Below, in pieces: positions 1 through 9,600 of a stretch of DNA of 60,303 nucleotides. The DNA comes from an uncultured Bacteroidales bacterium. GTDB taxonomy: Bacteria; Bacteroidota; Bacteroidia; Bacteroidales; P3. The notes under the pieces were generated by a model, which was given only the letters and a program-made list of their open reading frames with translations, had not been told where the DNA came from and did not search any database. Within the stretch, counting starts at the first letter, position 1. Every line of letters starts with the position of its first letter. A program made the translations under genes and the position numbers. Where the stretch lies: contig CAMYZD010000001.1 in assembly GCA_947303735.1 (NCBI GenBank), forward strand, positions 1 through 60,303, written 5' to 3'.

Positions 1-652
<652 letters not shown>

Positions 653-848
653 CTATTTTTTTATTTATTCAACATATTTTATTTCTGCCAACCCTTGCGG
701 GTGACACTCCTGTCAAATCAACATTCGTGCCATCCCTGCCAGACATGCCATGGACTGACAAAATGACAGACTGCCGCTTGTCACCCCTCTCCCAATATGC
801 CAAAAATGGTTTTTTCTCCTTTCCCTCGGCGATGTCAGAAAAAAAGTG

Positions 849-856
849 TATTTTTG
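849..856 (+). promoter_or_regulatory. Candidate Bacteroidota sigma-A -7 box (TAnnTTTG) for tcdA
   Basis: TATTTTTG lies 71 nt upstream of the ATG at 927. It is followed by the 7-bp-arm palindrome cgattca-ttaat-tgaatcg (862-880). Confidence 0.4.
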
Positions 857-926
857 CATTTCGATTCATTAATTGAATCGTTGGCTATAAGTCATTATAA
901 TAATGTAATATATTTTCTGGCAATCC

Positions 927-1748
927 ATGGGCAACCCAATCTTCAACCGCACCGAACTGCTCGTAGGCTCCGACGCCATGCAGCGTATTGCTGAGGCGCG
1001 TGTCATCCTTTTCGGTGTTGGCGGAGTGGGTTCGTGGTGTGCCGAAAGCCTTGTGCGCAGTGGCATTCAGCACCTCACCATTGTCGATTCCGACCGCGTC
1101 TGTGTCACCAATATCAACCGCCAACTGATGGCCACCTCCCACACGGTAGGGGAGGTCAAGGTCGATGCTCTTCGCGAACGTCTGTTGCAAATCAATCCTC
1201 GGGCCGATGTCTGTGCCTTGCAGGAAATATACAGTCGCGACACCCACGACTCGTTCCTCCTAGAGCAATACGACTATATAGTTGATGCCATCGACAGCCT
1301 CAGCAACAAGCTCGAGCTCATAGTCCGTGCCACCGACAAGTCTCTGGCTCGCGATGGGCGTTACCCCATCTTCTTCAGTTCGATGGGAGCGGCGTTGAAG
1401 ATGGACCCCACTCAGATTCGGGTCTCCGAGTTTTGGGAAGTCGACGGCTGTCCCTTGGCGGCCGCCCTCCGTCGTCGGATGCGCCACCTACACCGTTTCC
1501 CTGGGCGCAAATTCCGCTGTGTGTGGAGTCCCGAGGTGCTATCCAACAAAGGGCAGGTGCAAGGCTGCGGTACGGCTGCGTGCCTCTGCCCGAAAAATAC
1601 CGCCGCAGGCGTGCGTCCTGATCTCGACCGACATGAGTGGTGCAGCTCTAAGGCGCAGATCAACGGTTCCATGGCCCACATCACCGCCATCATGGGCTTC
1701 ACCCTCTCGGGCCTCATCCTCCAGCACCTGACCCGTCCTACTCAATAA
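927..1748 (+). CDS. tcdA: tRNA threonylcarbamoyladenosine dehydratase (ThiF/HesA E1-like family)
   Basis: 273 aa. Has the Rossmann motif ILFGVGGVGSW and the DxD/NINRQ region typical of TcdA/CsdL. Confidence 0.85.
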   Translation: MGNPIFNRTELLVGSDAMQRIAEARVILFGVGGVGSWCAESLVRSGIQHLTIVDSDRVCVTNINRQLMATSHTVGEVKVDALRERLLQINPRADVCALQEIYSRDTHDSFLLEQYDYIVDAIDSLSNKLELIVRATDKSLARDGRYPIFFSSMGAALKMDPTQIRVSEFWEVDGCPLAAALRRRMRHLHRFPGRKFRCVWSPEVLSNKGQVQGCGTAACLCPKNTAAGVRPDLDRHEWCSSKAQINGSMAHITAIMGFTLSGLILQHLTRPTQ

Positions 1749-1765
1749 AGCAGCATTAACACACG

Positions 1766-3061
1766 ATGAATATAGAACAACTCTACCAAACCTATCTCCA
1801 GTCGCGCCGTGTCACCACCGACTCGCGGCAGATTACTCCCGGATGCCTCTTCTTTGCCTTCCGGGGAGCTACTTTTGATGGCAACGCCTTTGCGCCCCAG
1901 GCCTTGGAGCAGGGTGCCGCGCTCTGTGTCATCAGCGACCCACAATATAAGGTCGACGACCGCTGTGTGGTAGTCGACGATGTGCTTGCCACTCTCCAGC
2001 AGCTGGCAGCCCACCACCGTCGCCAGCTCACTGTCCCCGTCATTGGCATCACAGGCACCAACGGAAAGACCACTACCAAGGAGCTGGTCCACGCCGTCCT
2101 CGCCCGTCGTTACCGCACGCATGCCACCACGGGCAATTTCAACAACCACCTCGGGGTGCCGCTGACGTTACTTTCTATCCCCGCTGACACGCAGATAGCC
2201 ATCGTTGAGATGGGTGCCAACCACCCTGGAGAGATAGAGGCGCTATGCCGCATTGCCGACCCCGATTTTGGCCTCATCACCAATGTGGGTCGTGCCCATT
2301 TGGAGGGTTTCGGCAGTTTTGAGGGGGTCGTTCATACCAAGACCGAACTCTACCGCCATCTGGCTGCCAAGCACGGCTCCGCTTTTGTCAATGCCGATAA
2401 TGACATCCTCATCCAGCAGGCCGACCTGTGTCATCTGTCAGCGCACACCTATGGCTCAGTCGAGAAGGCGCAGGTGCGTGGACATTTGGTAGGTTCCGAC
2501 CCGTACATGAAGTTCTATGTCGAGGAAGGCGACAACGTCTACACCATCCAGTCGCAGCTGCTGGGCAACTACAATTTCGACAATGCCATGGCGGCCGTGG
2601 CCGTAGGGCGGCATTTCCGAGTCGACCTGTGGGATATCAAAGAGGCCATAGAGCAATACGCTCCCTCCAACCGTCGCTCCCAATACAAGGAAACCGGGCG
2701 CAACACACTCTTTCTCGACTGCTACAATGCCAACCCCTCCAGCATGAAGGTGGCGTTGGACAACCTGCAGTCGCTGCCCAAGGAGCACAAAGTGGCCATG
2801 ATGGGCGGCATGAGGGAACTAGGCGATGCAAGCCAGGCCGAACATGAAACCATCGTGAACCGCCTGCTAAGCTGCCCCGACATCGAGGCAGTGTTGGTAG
2901 GGCCTGAGTTTGCCTTTGCGGCCGACAATGCCTCGCTGCAATGGTTCCCCGATGCCGATGCGGCGGTGGCTTATTTCGCTGCCCATCCTCTCAGTGGCGC
3001 CACCATCCTCCTCAAAGGCTCCAATGGTGAACAAATGTGGAAACTCGAGCCGGTACTCTAA
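1766..3061 (+). CDS. murF: UDP-N-acetylmuramoyl-tripeptide--D-alanyl-D-alanine ligase
   Basis: 431 aa. Has the Mur ligase P-loop GITGTNGKTTTKEL, plus VEMGANHPGEI and the NANPSSM motif. Confidence 0.92.
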   Translation: MNIEQLYQTYLQSRRVTTDSRQITPGCLFFAFRGATFDGNAFAPQALEQGAALCVISDPQYKVDDRCVVVDDVLATLQQLAAHHRRQLTVPVIGITGTNGKTTTKELVHAVLARRYRTHATTGNFNNHLGVPLTLLSIPADTQIAIVEMGANHPGEIEALCRIADPDFGLITNVGRAHLEGFGSFEGVVHTKTELYRHLAAKHGSAFVNADNDILIQQADLCHLSAHTYGSVEKAQVRGHLVGSDPYMKFYVEEGDNVYTIQSQLLGNYNFDNAMAAVAVGRHFRVDLWDIKEAIEQYAPSNRRSQYKETGRNTLFLDCYNANPSSMKVALDNLQSLPKEHKVAMMGGMRELGDASQAEHETIVNRLLSCPDIEAVLVGPEFAFAADNASLQWFPDADAAVAYFAAHPLSGATILLKGSNGEQMWKLEPVL

Positions 3062-3088
3062 TTCCATATCACTGTCTTCCCCCTTTTT

Positions 3089-3132
3089 CTCTTCGCCTGT
3101 TCAAAAAGTGAAAGGGCGAAGAGTTGCTTTTA
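3089..3132 (+). terminator. Possible intrinsic terminator after murF
   Basis: The 9-bp arms ctcttcgcc (3089-3097) and ggcgaagag (3115-3123) are followed by ttgctttta. The loop is long (17 nt). Confidence 0.4.
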
Positions 3133-3298
3133 TCAATGTCTTGGGTATGGTTAGTTATTGATTGATATATAGTGTGTTATGTATTGTTTTTCGCTGATGT
3201 ATGCGAATAAGTAGGGGCAATGAATCAAAGGAGGAACGGAGGAAGGGTATAGGCAGGATGGGGTGAATGTGGAGTGAAAGATTGAGGTTGGGGGCTTG

Positions 3299-3356
3299 AA
3301 AAAAGGATTGCGGTGCCGTCAGGGTGAGCTTGAGCTATGAAGGACGGCACCGCAAT
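3299..3356 (-). terminator. Intrinsic terminator of the M56/TonB gene
   Basis: A perfect 14-bp stem pairs attgcggtgccgtc (3307-3320) with gacggcaccgcaat (3343-3356). On the minus strand it is followed by CC-TTTTTT (plus-strand A-run 3299-3304). Confidence 0.6.
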
Positions 3357-3372
3357 AGGTGAAGATGATGGT

Positions 3373-4905
3373 CTATTTCAGCATGAATTTAATGGGTATC
3401 TGGAATCTTGACCGCGTAGGTTTGCCCTTGAAGCGTGCGGGCTTCCATTGAGGCATCGCCTTGATAACGCGCAGAGCCTCTTCGTCGCATCCGCCGCCTA
3501 TTCCTCGAAATAGCGTAACGTCACCAATGTTGCCGTCAGGCTCAACAATAAACTGCACAAACACCCTGCCCTCAACCCCGTCGGTCTTGGCTTGTTCGGG
3601 ATAGACAATCGACTGGGCAATAAAGTTGCCCATTGCCTCGAAACCTCCGGGGAATTCAGCAAGTTCGATAGGGCTATTATCCTCCTTGTTAAACCAGTCC
3701 AAAATGTCGTCTGCATCATTCCAAGCCACTTGATACCAATTAACTGAGCTGTCGCTAAGATTCATCATAGCGGTAACCCGACTTGACTTCGCCACAGTTT
3801 CGTGTATATTGATATTAAAGCGGACAGCCTCGGCAGAATCGGCAAACTCTTTGTGTTCGCCAACAGAGTCGAGGGGGATAATAACCCCCATAAACTCACG
3901 CTCCACCAACTTGCCGTCACGGTAAGTTTCGGTGAAGGGTTGCACGAGGTAGGTGCCGTCGGGGATGGTGGCCTGCTCTTGAGTAGGCTCTTGGTTCTTG
4001 CAATTGGCAAACAGCAGCAAGGCTGCCACTGGCAAGGCTGACAATGCCTTGACCCACCCTCTGTGGGATTTAGGTTGATTCATCATGGTAATACGGTTTT
4101 TTATTGTTGAAAAATGGAAATTATTCACTATTGGACTGTATTTCATGCCTGTGGCCTGCTTGAAGAGAAGTTGTAGGTAATGGCTGTATGTCTCCTCGTT
4201 GCCTTGGCGAAGCACTGCCTCATCGGCCAAGTATTCGTGTATGGTGCTCAGTTCGCGCACATATAGCCAGGCAAATGGGTTGAACCAAAGCAGGCAGCGT
4301 ACCAACTGCACAAACAAGGTGTCCCAACTGTGGCATTGTCGCACATGGGCCAGTTCGTGGGCTAGCACTTGGACAGACTCCTCGTAGGTAAGGCCTTGAC
4401 GATTGATTGCTACGTGGTTGAAGAATGAGAAGGATGAATCTATATTATCGTCGTCCGCCACGTAGTAGTGCCTTTGGCTGGAGCCGGAGTTGTACGATTG
4501 CGCTGAGAAGGAAAAAAGGTGCAGTTTTCGCCAGGTGGCGATGTACCTTGCTGCCAATAGGAGGAGAGATAATGCAAATCCTGCCCAATAGATTAGAGCC
4601 ATTATCTGCCAAGGGTCGATGCTGTTGGTGTTGGGAAGGCCGGTGGCAGCCTCTCTTTGTGTCGGGGAGGTAAGGGGCGTCTCCTCACCCTGTATGGGCA
4701 GAGAAATTAGGTACCCGTTTCCTGACACAGAGTAGCTCGTGACGGGTACGGTGGGGTGAACAAGGGGAATCAACAGGCTCAAGGCAAGGGTTGTCAGTAG
4801 GAAGAACCTGTTTAACCGTAGGCAGTGCTCTTTATGTAGCAGCAGCCTGTACAAGCCCCAGAACAGTGCTGTTCCGATAACGACAAAAAGTAGGTAGCGT
4901 GTCAT
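3373..4905 (-). CDS. BlaR1-like M56 family membrane metalloprotease/sensor fused to a C-terminal TonB domain
   Basis: 510 aa. Has N-terminal TM helices, the HEXXH motif HELAHVRQCH, and a C-terminal TonB_C-like segment (EFPGG...GVEGRVFVQFIVEPDGNIGDVTLFRG). Confidence 0.85.
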   Translation of the reverse strand: MTRYLLFVVIGTALFWGLYRLLLHKEHCLRLNRFFLLTTLALSLLIPLVHPTVPVTSYSVSGNGYLISLPIQGEETPLTSPTQREAATGLPNTNSIDPWQIMALIYWAGFALSLLLLAARYIATWRKLHLFSFSAQSYNSGSSQRHYYVADDDNIDSSFSFFNHVAINRQGLTYEESVQVLAHELAHVRQCHSWDTLFVQLVRCLLWFNPFAWLYVRELSTIHEYLADEAVLRQGNEETYSHYLQLLFKQATGMKYSPIVNNFHFSTIKNRITMMNQPKSHRGWVKALSALPVAALLLFANCKNQEPTQEQATIPDGTYLVQPFTETYRDGKLVEREFMGVIIPLDSVGEHKEFADSAEAVRFNINIHETVAKSSRVTAMMNLSDSSVNWYQVAWNDADDILDWFNKEDNSPIELAEFPGGFEAMGNFIAQSIVYPEQAKTDGVEGRVFVQFIVEPDGNIGDVTLFRGIGGGCDEEALRVIKAMPQWKPARFKGKPTRSRFQIPIKFMLK

Positions 4906-5270
4906 TTTTCCAATTCTTTAGTTAGAGCCTCTAAGTCTTCGAGCGTGACGGCCTTTTTGTCGACTAGGAATGAGACCATGTCGCGGAATGATGACCCGAA
5001 ATAATTCCTCGCCATCTTACCTAGTATTTGGCTGGAATAGTCGTCTCGGCTGACGAGAGGGTAGTAACGGTTGGACTTGTTGAAGGTGGTGTGGCCGACA
5101 TAGCCTTTTTTCTCCAATATCCTAACTACGGTTAGTATGGTGTTGTAGGCGGGTTTGGGAGGTTCGATGGCTGACACTATCTCGTTGGCGAAACCTTGTT
5201 TTATCGACCAGATGGCCTGCATGACCTGCTCTTCGGCGGGTGTAAGTTCTTTTGTCTCTTGTGCTTTCAT
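4902..5270 (-). CDS. BlaI/MecI/CopY family transcriptional repressor
   Basis: 122 aa winged-helix protein (LTPAEEQVMQAIW...TILTVVRILEKKGYV). It overlaps the downstream M56 gene by 4 nt (ATGA). Confidence 0.9.
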   Translation of the reverse strand: MKAQETKELTPAEEQVMQAIWSIKQGFANEIVSAIEPPKPAYNTILTVVRILEKKGYVGHTTFNKSNRYYPLVSRDDYSSQILGKMARNYFGSSFRDMVSFLVDKKAVTLEDLEALTKELEK

Positions 5271-5454
5271 TGGGTATGAATTAATTTTTTAGTTCTATAA
5301 CGTAAAAGTTGATGTATTATTGTACGGAATAGTTCTTTTTAACAAAAAAAGTTTGTGGTTGATTAATAATATTGGTGTGTGTAGTGGGGGAATCGGGTGT
5401 TGGGATAGGAGAAAATCATTATTTTTAGGTATTGGTCGGATGGGAGAGTTGGGG

Positions 5455-5462
5455 TAACTTTG
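5455..5462 (+). promoter_or_regulatory. Candidate -7 box (TAACTTTG) for the porin-imelysin operon
   Basis: Matches TAnnTTTG 25 nt upstream of the ATG at 5487. This also argues against the TTG start at 5460 given in the ORF track. Confidence 0.45.
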
Positions 5463-5486
5463 CACTTACAAAAACAAAACAATATT

Positions 5487-6791
5487 ATGCACAATAAAAC
5501 CCTCAAAACTATTATTTTCACAGCTTTATTGTTGGGAGCTGGGTTGAGCGCCAGGGCTCAAAAAGACACGCTCGACAAGCCTTCGAGACTCACTATTGGT
5601 GGGTATGGTGAGGCTGTATATAATTATAATTTCTATAGTGATAACGTATTTCGCTACTCACATGCCGACCGATATACCGAAAGTAAGGGACATGGACGGG
5701 TGGACCTTCCCCATGCCGTCATCACACTGGGCTACGACATGGGTAGAGGATGGAGTGTGGGTACCGAGGTGGAATTTGAACACGGAGGCATCGAGGTGGC
5801 GGTAGAGAAGGAAACAGAGGAGACGGGTGAGTTTGAGCAAGAAGTGGAGCGTGGCGGTGAGGTGGCGTTGGAGCAGTTCTGGGTGCAGAAGAGTTTCAAC
5901 CGCCATCTGAATCTGAGAATGGGCCATATCGTGGTGCCGGTAGGCATGACCAATAACAACCATACGCCCGACCACTTCTTTTCGGTGTACCGTCCTGAAG
6001 GCGAGAACACCATCATGCCCTGCACCTGGCACGAGACGGGCGTAAGCCTGTGGGGCCGTGCTGGTGCATGGCGCTACGAGGTGCAGGTGCTGCCTGCGTT
6101 GAATAGCAATCTCTTCACCGAGTCGGGATGGGTACACAACGGTTCGGCTTCGCCCTATGAGTTCCGCCCAGCCAACAGCTTGGCGGGTGCTGCCAGAGTG
6201 GACTATATGGGCATTCGCAATCTGCGGCTCAGCCTCAGCGGCTATGTGGGCAACAGCTTCAATAACGATATAACCACAGCAGTGTATTCTGAGACTTCGC
6301 GCTACCGCGATGCACTAGGGACGGTGCTGATTGGAGCCTTTGATTTCGACTATCGAAATGCATGGCTGGTGGTGAGGGGCAACTGTGATTATGGCTACTT
6401 GGGCGACGCTGGGTTGATTTCGACACGCAACAAGAACCAAACTACCATGACGGGTAATCCCTATCCCCATACGGCGGTGGGCAAAGGGGCCTACGACTAT
6501 TCGCTGGAGGCAGGCGTAGACTTGCTGGCATGGACCTGCTGGCGACATGGAGTGAGGCATTTGTATCTTTTCGGTCGTTATGACCGTTACGACAGTTTCA
6601 TTCCTGCCACAGGCTTCGACGACATTGGCTGGACAGAACGTCAGGTACTGTCGGCAGGCATCAACTACTATCCTTTGAAGCATATTGCCATAAAGGCAGA
6701 GGCAGGTGTCCGCCAATTGAACGGAAATTACAACGACGAGCCATTCGTCGCACTGGGCATCACATGGGTCAACTTTAATTTTGCACACTAA
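5487..6791 (+). CDS. Putative outer-membrane beta-barrel (porin-like) protein, first gene of the imelysin cluster
   Basis: Has the signal peptide MHNKTLKTIIFTALLLGAGLSARAQ and alternating aromatic/polar beta-strand patterning throughout. I recognise no specific family. Confidence 0.6.
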   Translation: MHNKTLKTIIFTALLLGAGLSARAQKDTLDKPSRLTIGGYGEAVYNYNFYSDNVFRYSHADRYTESKGHGRVDLPHAVITLGYDMGRGWSVGTEVEFEHGGIEVAVEKETEETGEFEQEVERGGEVALEQFWVQKSFNRHLNLRMGHIVVPVGMTNNNHTPDHFFSVYRPEGENTIMPCTWHETGVSLWGRAGAWRYEVQVLPALNSNLFTESGWVHNGSASPYEFRPANSLAGAARVDYMGIRNLRLSLSGYVGNSFNNDITTAVYSETSRYRDALGTVLIGAFDFDYRNAWLVVRGNCDYGYLGDAGLISTRNKNQTTMTGNPYPHTAVGKGAYDYSLEAGVDLLAWTCWRHGVRHLYLFGRYDRYDSFIPATGFDDIGWTERQVLSAGINYYPLKHIAIKAEAGVRQLNGNYNDEPFVALGITWVNFNFAH

Positions 6792-6814
6792 ATTAATCAT
6801 TAAAATATCTATCA

Positions 6815-7975
6815 ATGAAAAACGTACGTATTAGAATTATGCTGGTGGCAGCCTTGGCGGTTGCCTCAGCGAGTTTCATCTCCTGTAGAGATGATGACAG
6901 CCAAACTGTCGACGACCAACTGGCCGCACAGGTGGCAGAACAATTTGTAGACCACACCGTGGCTCCGACCTATACGGCTTTAGCCGCTAAGGCCGAACTG
7001 CTGGCTTCACAATTGGCAGCCTTGCGTCAGAACCCCACCAACGCAGGGGTAGAGGAGGCTTGTCAGACCTTCCTTGATGCCCGTGAGCAGTGGGAAAAAA
7101 GTGAGGCCTTTCTGTTTGGTGCAGCAGGTGACTTCGGCATCGATCCCCACATTGATTCGTGGCCTTTGGACGAGGATGCTTTCCATACGCTGATGTATGA
7201 GAGTCCTGCCATGATTGCCGCCCTTGACGGAGAGGATGGTGATGTGGTGGCCGGCGAGCGTCTGGGTAATGCCTTGTTGGGCTTCCATGGGCTGGAGTAT
7301 ATCCTTTTTGCCGACGGCAGAGCAAAGCATGCTGCTGACATCACTGAGAATGAATGGATTTACGCCGCCGCAGTGGCGGGTGACCTGCGAAACCGTTGCT
7401 ATCAACTGGAAGTGGGCTGGTTGGGCAGCAAGGCTCCTGAAAGCCATAGGGCCAAATTGGAAGACTTGGAGATGGCCTATACCGTGGCAGGCAGCAGCAA
7501 CAGCTATGGTGAAAATATGGTAAATGCCGGTAAGCCTGGCAGCACCTATGCCAGCCGGATGGCTGCCTTGATGGCGATAGTGCAGGGTTGCTCCGACATT
7601 GCCGATGAGGTGGGCAGTTCGAAGATATATGCCGCCTGGCATGGGGAGGATATCACTTATATCGAGTCGCCCTACAGCCAGAAGTCTATCATTGACTTCT
7701 ACAACAATATCATTAGTATTCGCAATGCCTATATGGGCGGTGTGGAAGGCCAGCGCGATGAGAGCAAGTCGCTTCACACCTTTGTGAAGAACCACGATGC
7801 TTCGATTGATGGGCATGTGACCACGGCTATCGATAATGCCTTGGAGAAAATCAACGCCATGCCAGCTCCCTTTGTGCTGCATTATTCTGAGGCTGCCAAC
7901 GGTGAAGCTGTTGAGGCCTGTGCCGAATTGAGCGATGCCTTGGCTGAGATTAACAACATTCTAAGAGAACTATAA
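6815..7975 (+). CDS. Imelysin family (peptidase M75 / EfeO-like) lipoprotein
   Basis: 386 aa. Has the lipobox ASFISC and the GxHxxE-type motif LLGFHGLEYILF characteristic of imelysin/EfeO-like iron-uptake proteins. Confidence 0.8.
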   Translation: MKNVRIRIMLVAALAVASASFISCRDDDSQTVDDQLAAQVAEQFVDHTVAPTYTALAAKAELLASQLAALRQNPTNAGVEEACQTFLDAREQWEKSEAFLFGAAGDFGIDPHIDSWPLDEDAFHTLMYESPAMIAALDGEDGDVVAGERLGNALLGFHGLEYILFADGRAKHAADITENEWIYAAAVAGDLRNRCYQLEVGWLGSKAPESHRAKLEDLEMAYTVAGSSNSYGENMVNAGKPGSTYASRMAALMAIVQGCSDIADEVGSSKIYAAWHGEDITYIESPYSQKSIIDFYNNIISIRNAYMGGVEGQRDESKSLHTFVKNHDASIDGHVTTAIDNALEKINAMPAPFVLHYSEAANGEAVEACAELSDALAEINNILREL

Positions 7976-7987
7976 CAACTATATGAT

Positions 7988-9556
7988 ATGAAAAAGAAAA
8001 CAATATTGATGGCTGTTATGGCTTTAGCCACAGCATCCTTTATAGGCTGTAAGCCTGACGAAGAGACACCCCAATTGCCGGAAGAGTTGGCCGAAGAGAC
8101 TTATGCGGGAGGTCGACTTGGCACTACATTCAACCAGTCGGCATCGGCATTTGAAGACCCTACGCCGGCAGTTGAGCAGGCTGGCATGGTGAATGCCTTC
8201 AAATATGGTGAGTTCTTCTTTGAACATACTGTCACACAAAACAACCCACCTTTCAATGGGTTGGGTCCTCTCTATGTGCGTTCGTCATGTGAAGCCTGTC
8301 ATCCAGGGTATGGACATGGACGTCGCATGGAACGCTATCGCGCCGACGACTGGGCTAACGGCTACCTGCTGGTAGTGTACAACAAAACTACCGATGCCTA
8401 TGAGACCTCGGTGGCGGGCATGCCACAGACCAAGGCCGTAGCCCCCTTCAAGCCTTCGATTGACGAGGAGAAAATTAATATCAACTGGCTCAGCTATACC
8501 GACGAATGGGGCAACCGCTTCCCCGACGGCGAGACCTACAACCTCATCTATCCCGAGGTGACAATACCCGAGGATGCTTTCTATGCCCCCCTCTCGGTGC
8601 CATATAGCCAGCTGGCTTTCCGCTTGGAGAGCACCATCGGCATTTATGGAACAGGACTGCTGGACGCCATTCCCGACGACTCGCTCAAAGCGCAGTATCA
8701 GAAAGAATATGATGCAGGTGCCGACCTCAATCCCGCTATTTGGGCTGGGCACGATTGGGCATCGCTCTATGGCAATACCAACCACCCCAAACGTTTCACC
8801 TATGCTCTCAGCCGTGGGCCTCTGCAGGATGCTGCCGGAGCCAATGCCATTTGGAACATCACTAACGTGAACCGTAGCGACCGTAGAAGCCATTACCTGA
8901 GTCTGAACAAGAGTATCTATGCCACTACGGCATCGGAAGACCCAGAGGTGCAGGCTCAATTCTACCACTATTTCCCACAATGGAACAAGTCGGGCGACCC
9001 CCGCACAGATATTTATAACTATCTGATGTGTGATACGCTGCCAATAGAGATGAGCGATCAGGACTATGTCAACTTCATGGTGTGGCACCGCGGACTGGCA
9101 GTACCAGCAGCTCGAAACTTGAGTGACACTACAGTGCAACGCGGGCGCAAGCTGTTTCGCGACATGGGATGCGCCACCTGTCATCGTCCCAGTTGGACCA
9201 CGGGCCCGGACAACTACAGCGACCCCAACGGATTTTTTGCAGATGGGGATTCCCGTCTGCCCCGTTACCCGTATCAGAAGATATGGCCCTATACCGACAT
9301 GGTGCAGCATCGGCTGCACATGGTCAACGACATCCGCACCGGCTGGTGCCGTACCACACCGCTGTGGGGTAGAGGTTTGTCGCCCATCTGTAGCGGCCAT
9401 AGCGACCGTCTGCACGACTGTCGTGCCCGTAACGTGGTGGAGGCTATCATGTGGCACGGATGCCCCAATAGTGATGCCCGTTGGACAGTGGAAAAATTCC
9501 GCAAGCTGTCAAAGAGCGACCGCGACGCAGTGGTCAAGTTTATTAATGCTATTTAA
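7988..9556 (+). CDS. Di-haem cytochrome c peroxidase-like protein (DUF1111-type), lipoprotein
   Basis: 522 aa with the lipobox SFIGC. Carries two CXXCH haem-binding motifs (SSCEACHPG and MGCATCHRP). It sits beside an imelysin gene, as in known imelysin/DUF1111 loci. Confidence 0.8.
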   Translation: MKKKTILMAVMALATASFIGCKPDEETPQLPEELAEETYAGGRLGTTFNQSASAFEDPTPAVEQAGMVNAFKYGEFFFEHTVTQNNPPFNGLGPLYVRSSCEACHPGYGHGRRMERYRADDWANGYLLVVYNKTTDAYETSVAGMPQTKAVAPFKPSIDEEKININWLSYTDEWGNRFPDGETYNLIYPEVTIPEDAFYAPLSVPYSQLAFRLESTIGIYGTGLLDAIPDDSLKAQYQKEYDAGADLNPAIWAGHDWASLYGNTNHPKRFTYALSRGPLQDAAGANAIWNITNVNRSDRRSHYLSLNKSIYATTASEDPEVQAQFYHYFPQWNKSGDPRTDIYNYLMCDTLPIEMSDQDYVNFMVWHRGLAVPAARNLSDTTVQRGRKLFRDMGCATCHRPSWTTGPDNYSDPNGFFADGDSRLPRYPYQKIWPYTDMVQHRLHMVNDIRTGWCRTTPLWGRGLSPICSGHSDRLHDCRARNVVEAIMWHGCPNSDARWTVEKFRKLSKSDRDAVVKFINAI

Positions 9557-9600
9557 CTAGTTGTACTAGTAGCACTAGTATTACTAGCCATACTAGAGAT
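9556..9600. repeat. Tandem 9-bp array, 5 units of ACTAGTNNN
   Basis: actagttgt actagtagc actagtatt actagccat actagagat. The array begins on the last base of the TAA stop (9554-9556) and ends within the ATG of the next gene (9599-9601). Confidence 0.95.

Noticed and set aside
5271-5454. A BlaI/MecI-type operator palindrome (TACA...TGTA) in the divergent promoter region.
   Set aside because: Only short direct TGTA/TACA fragments (gatgtattattgtacgg) are present. I could not identify a convincing dyad by eye.
5460-5486. Upstream TTG/GTG/ATG start extensions in the ORF track: 5460, 13822, 30375, 31723, 38248, 38646, 50929, 51752 and 52423.
   Set aside because: In each case a downstream ATG (GTG for sdaA) gives a canonical N-terminus or signal peptide. 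In addition, a TAnnTTTG box, terminator or neighbouring gene occupies the extension.
8285-9457. Very long ORFs antisense to, or out of frame with, confident genes: 8285-9457, 7007-7882, 32982-33761, 36974-37966, 41139-41891, 42476-43183, 46529-47206, 56848-57630, 58213-59181 and 59066-59776.
   Set aside because: Each lies wholly inside a gene with strong family motifs on the other strand or frame. Their translations are low-complexity (Arg/Gly/His/Val-rich) with no motifs. Long shadow ORFs are expected opposite GC-rich, codon-biased genes.
9556-9600. The 9-bp and 7-bp tandem arrays as CRISPR arrays or miniature CRISPRs.
   Set aside because: The units are 7-9 bp with 0-3 nt of variable sequence. 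There are no spacers of 25-40 bp, no leader and no cas genes in the window.
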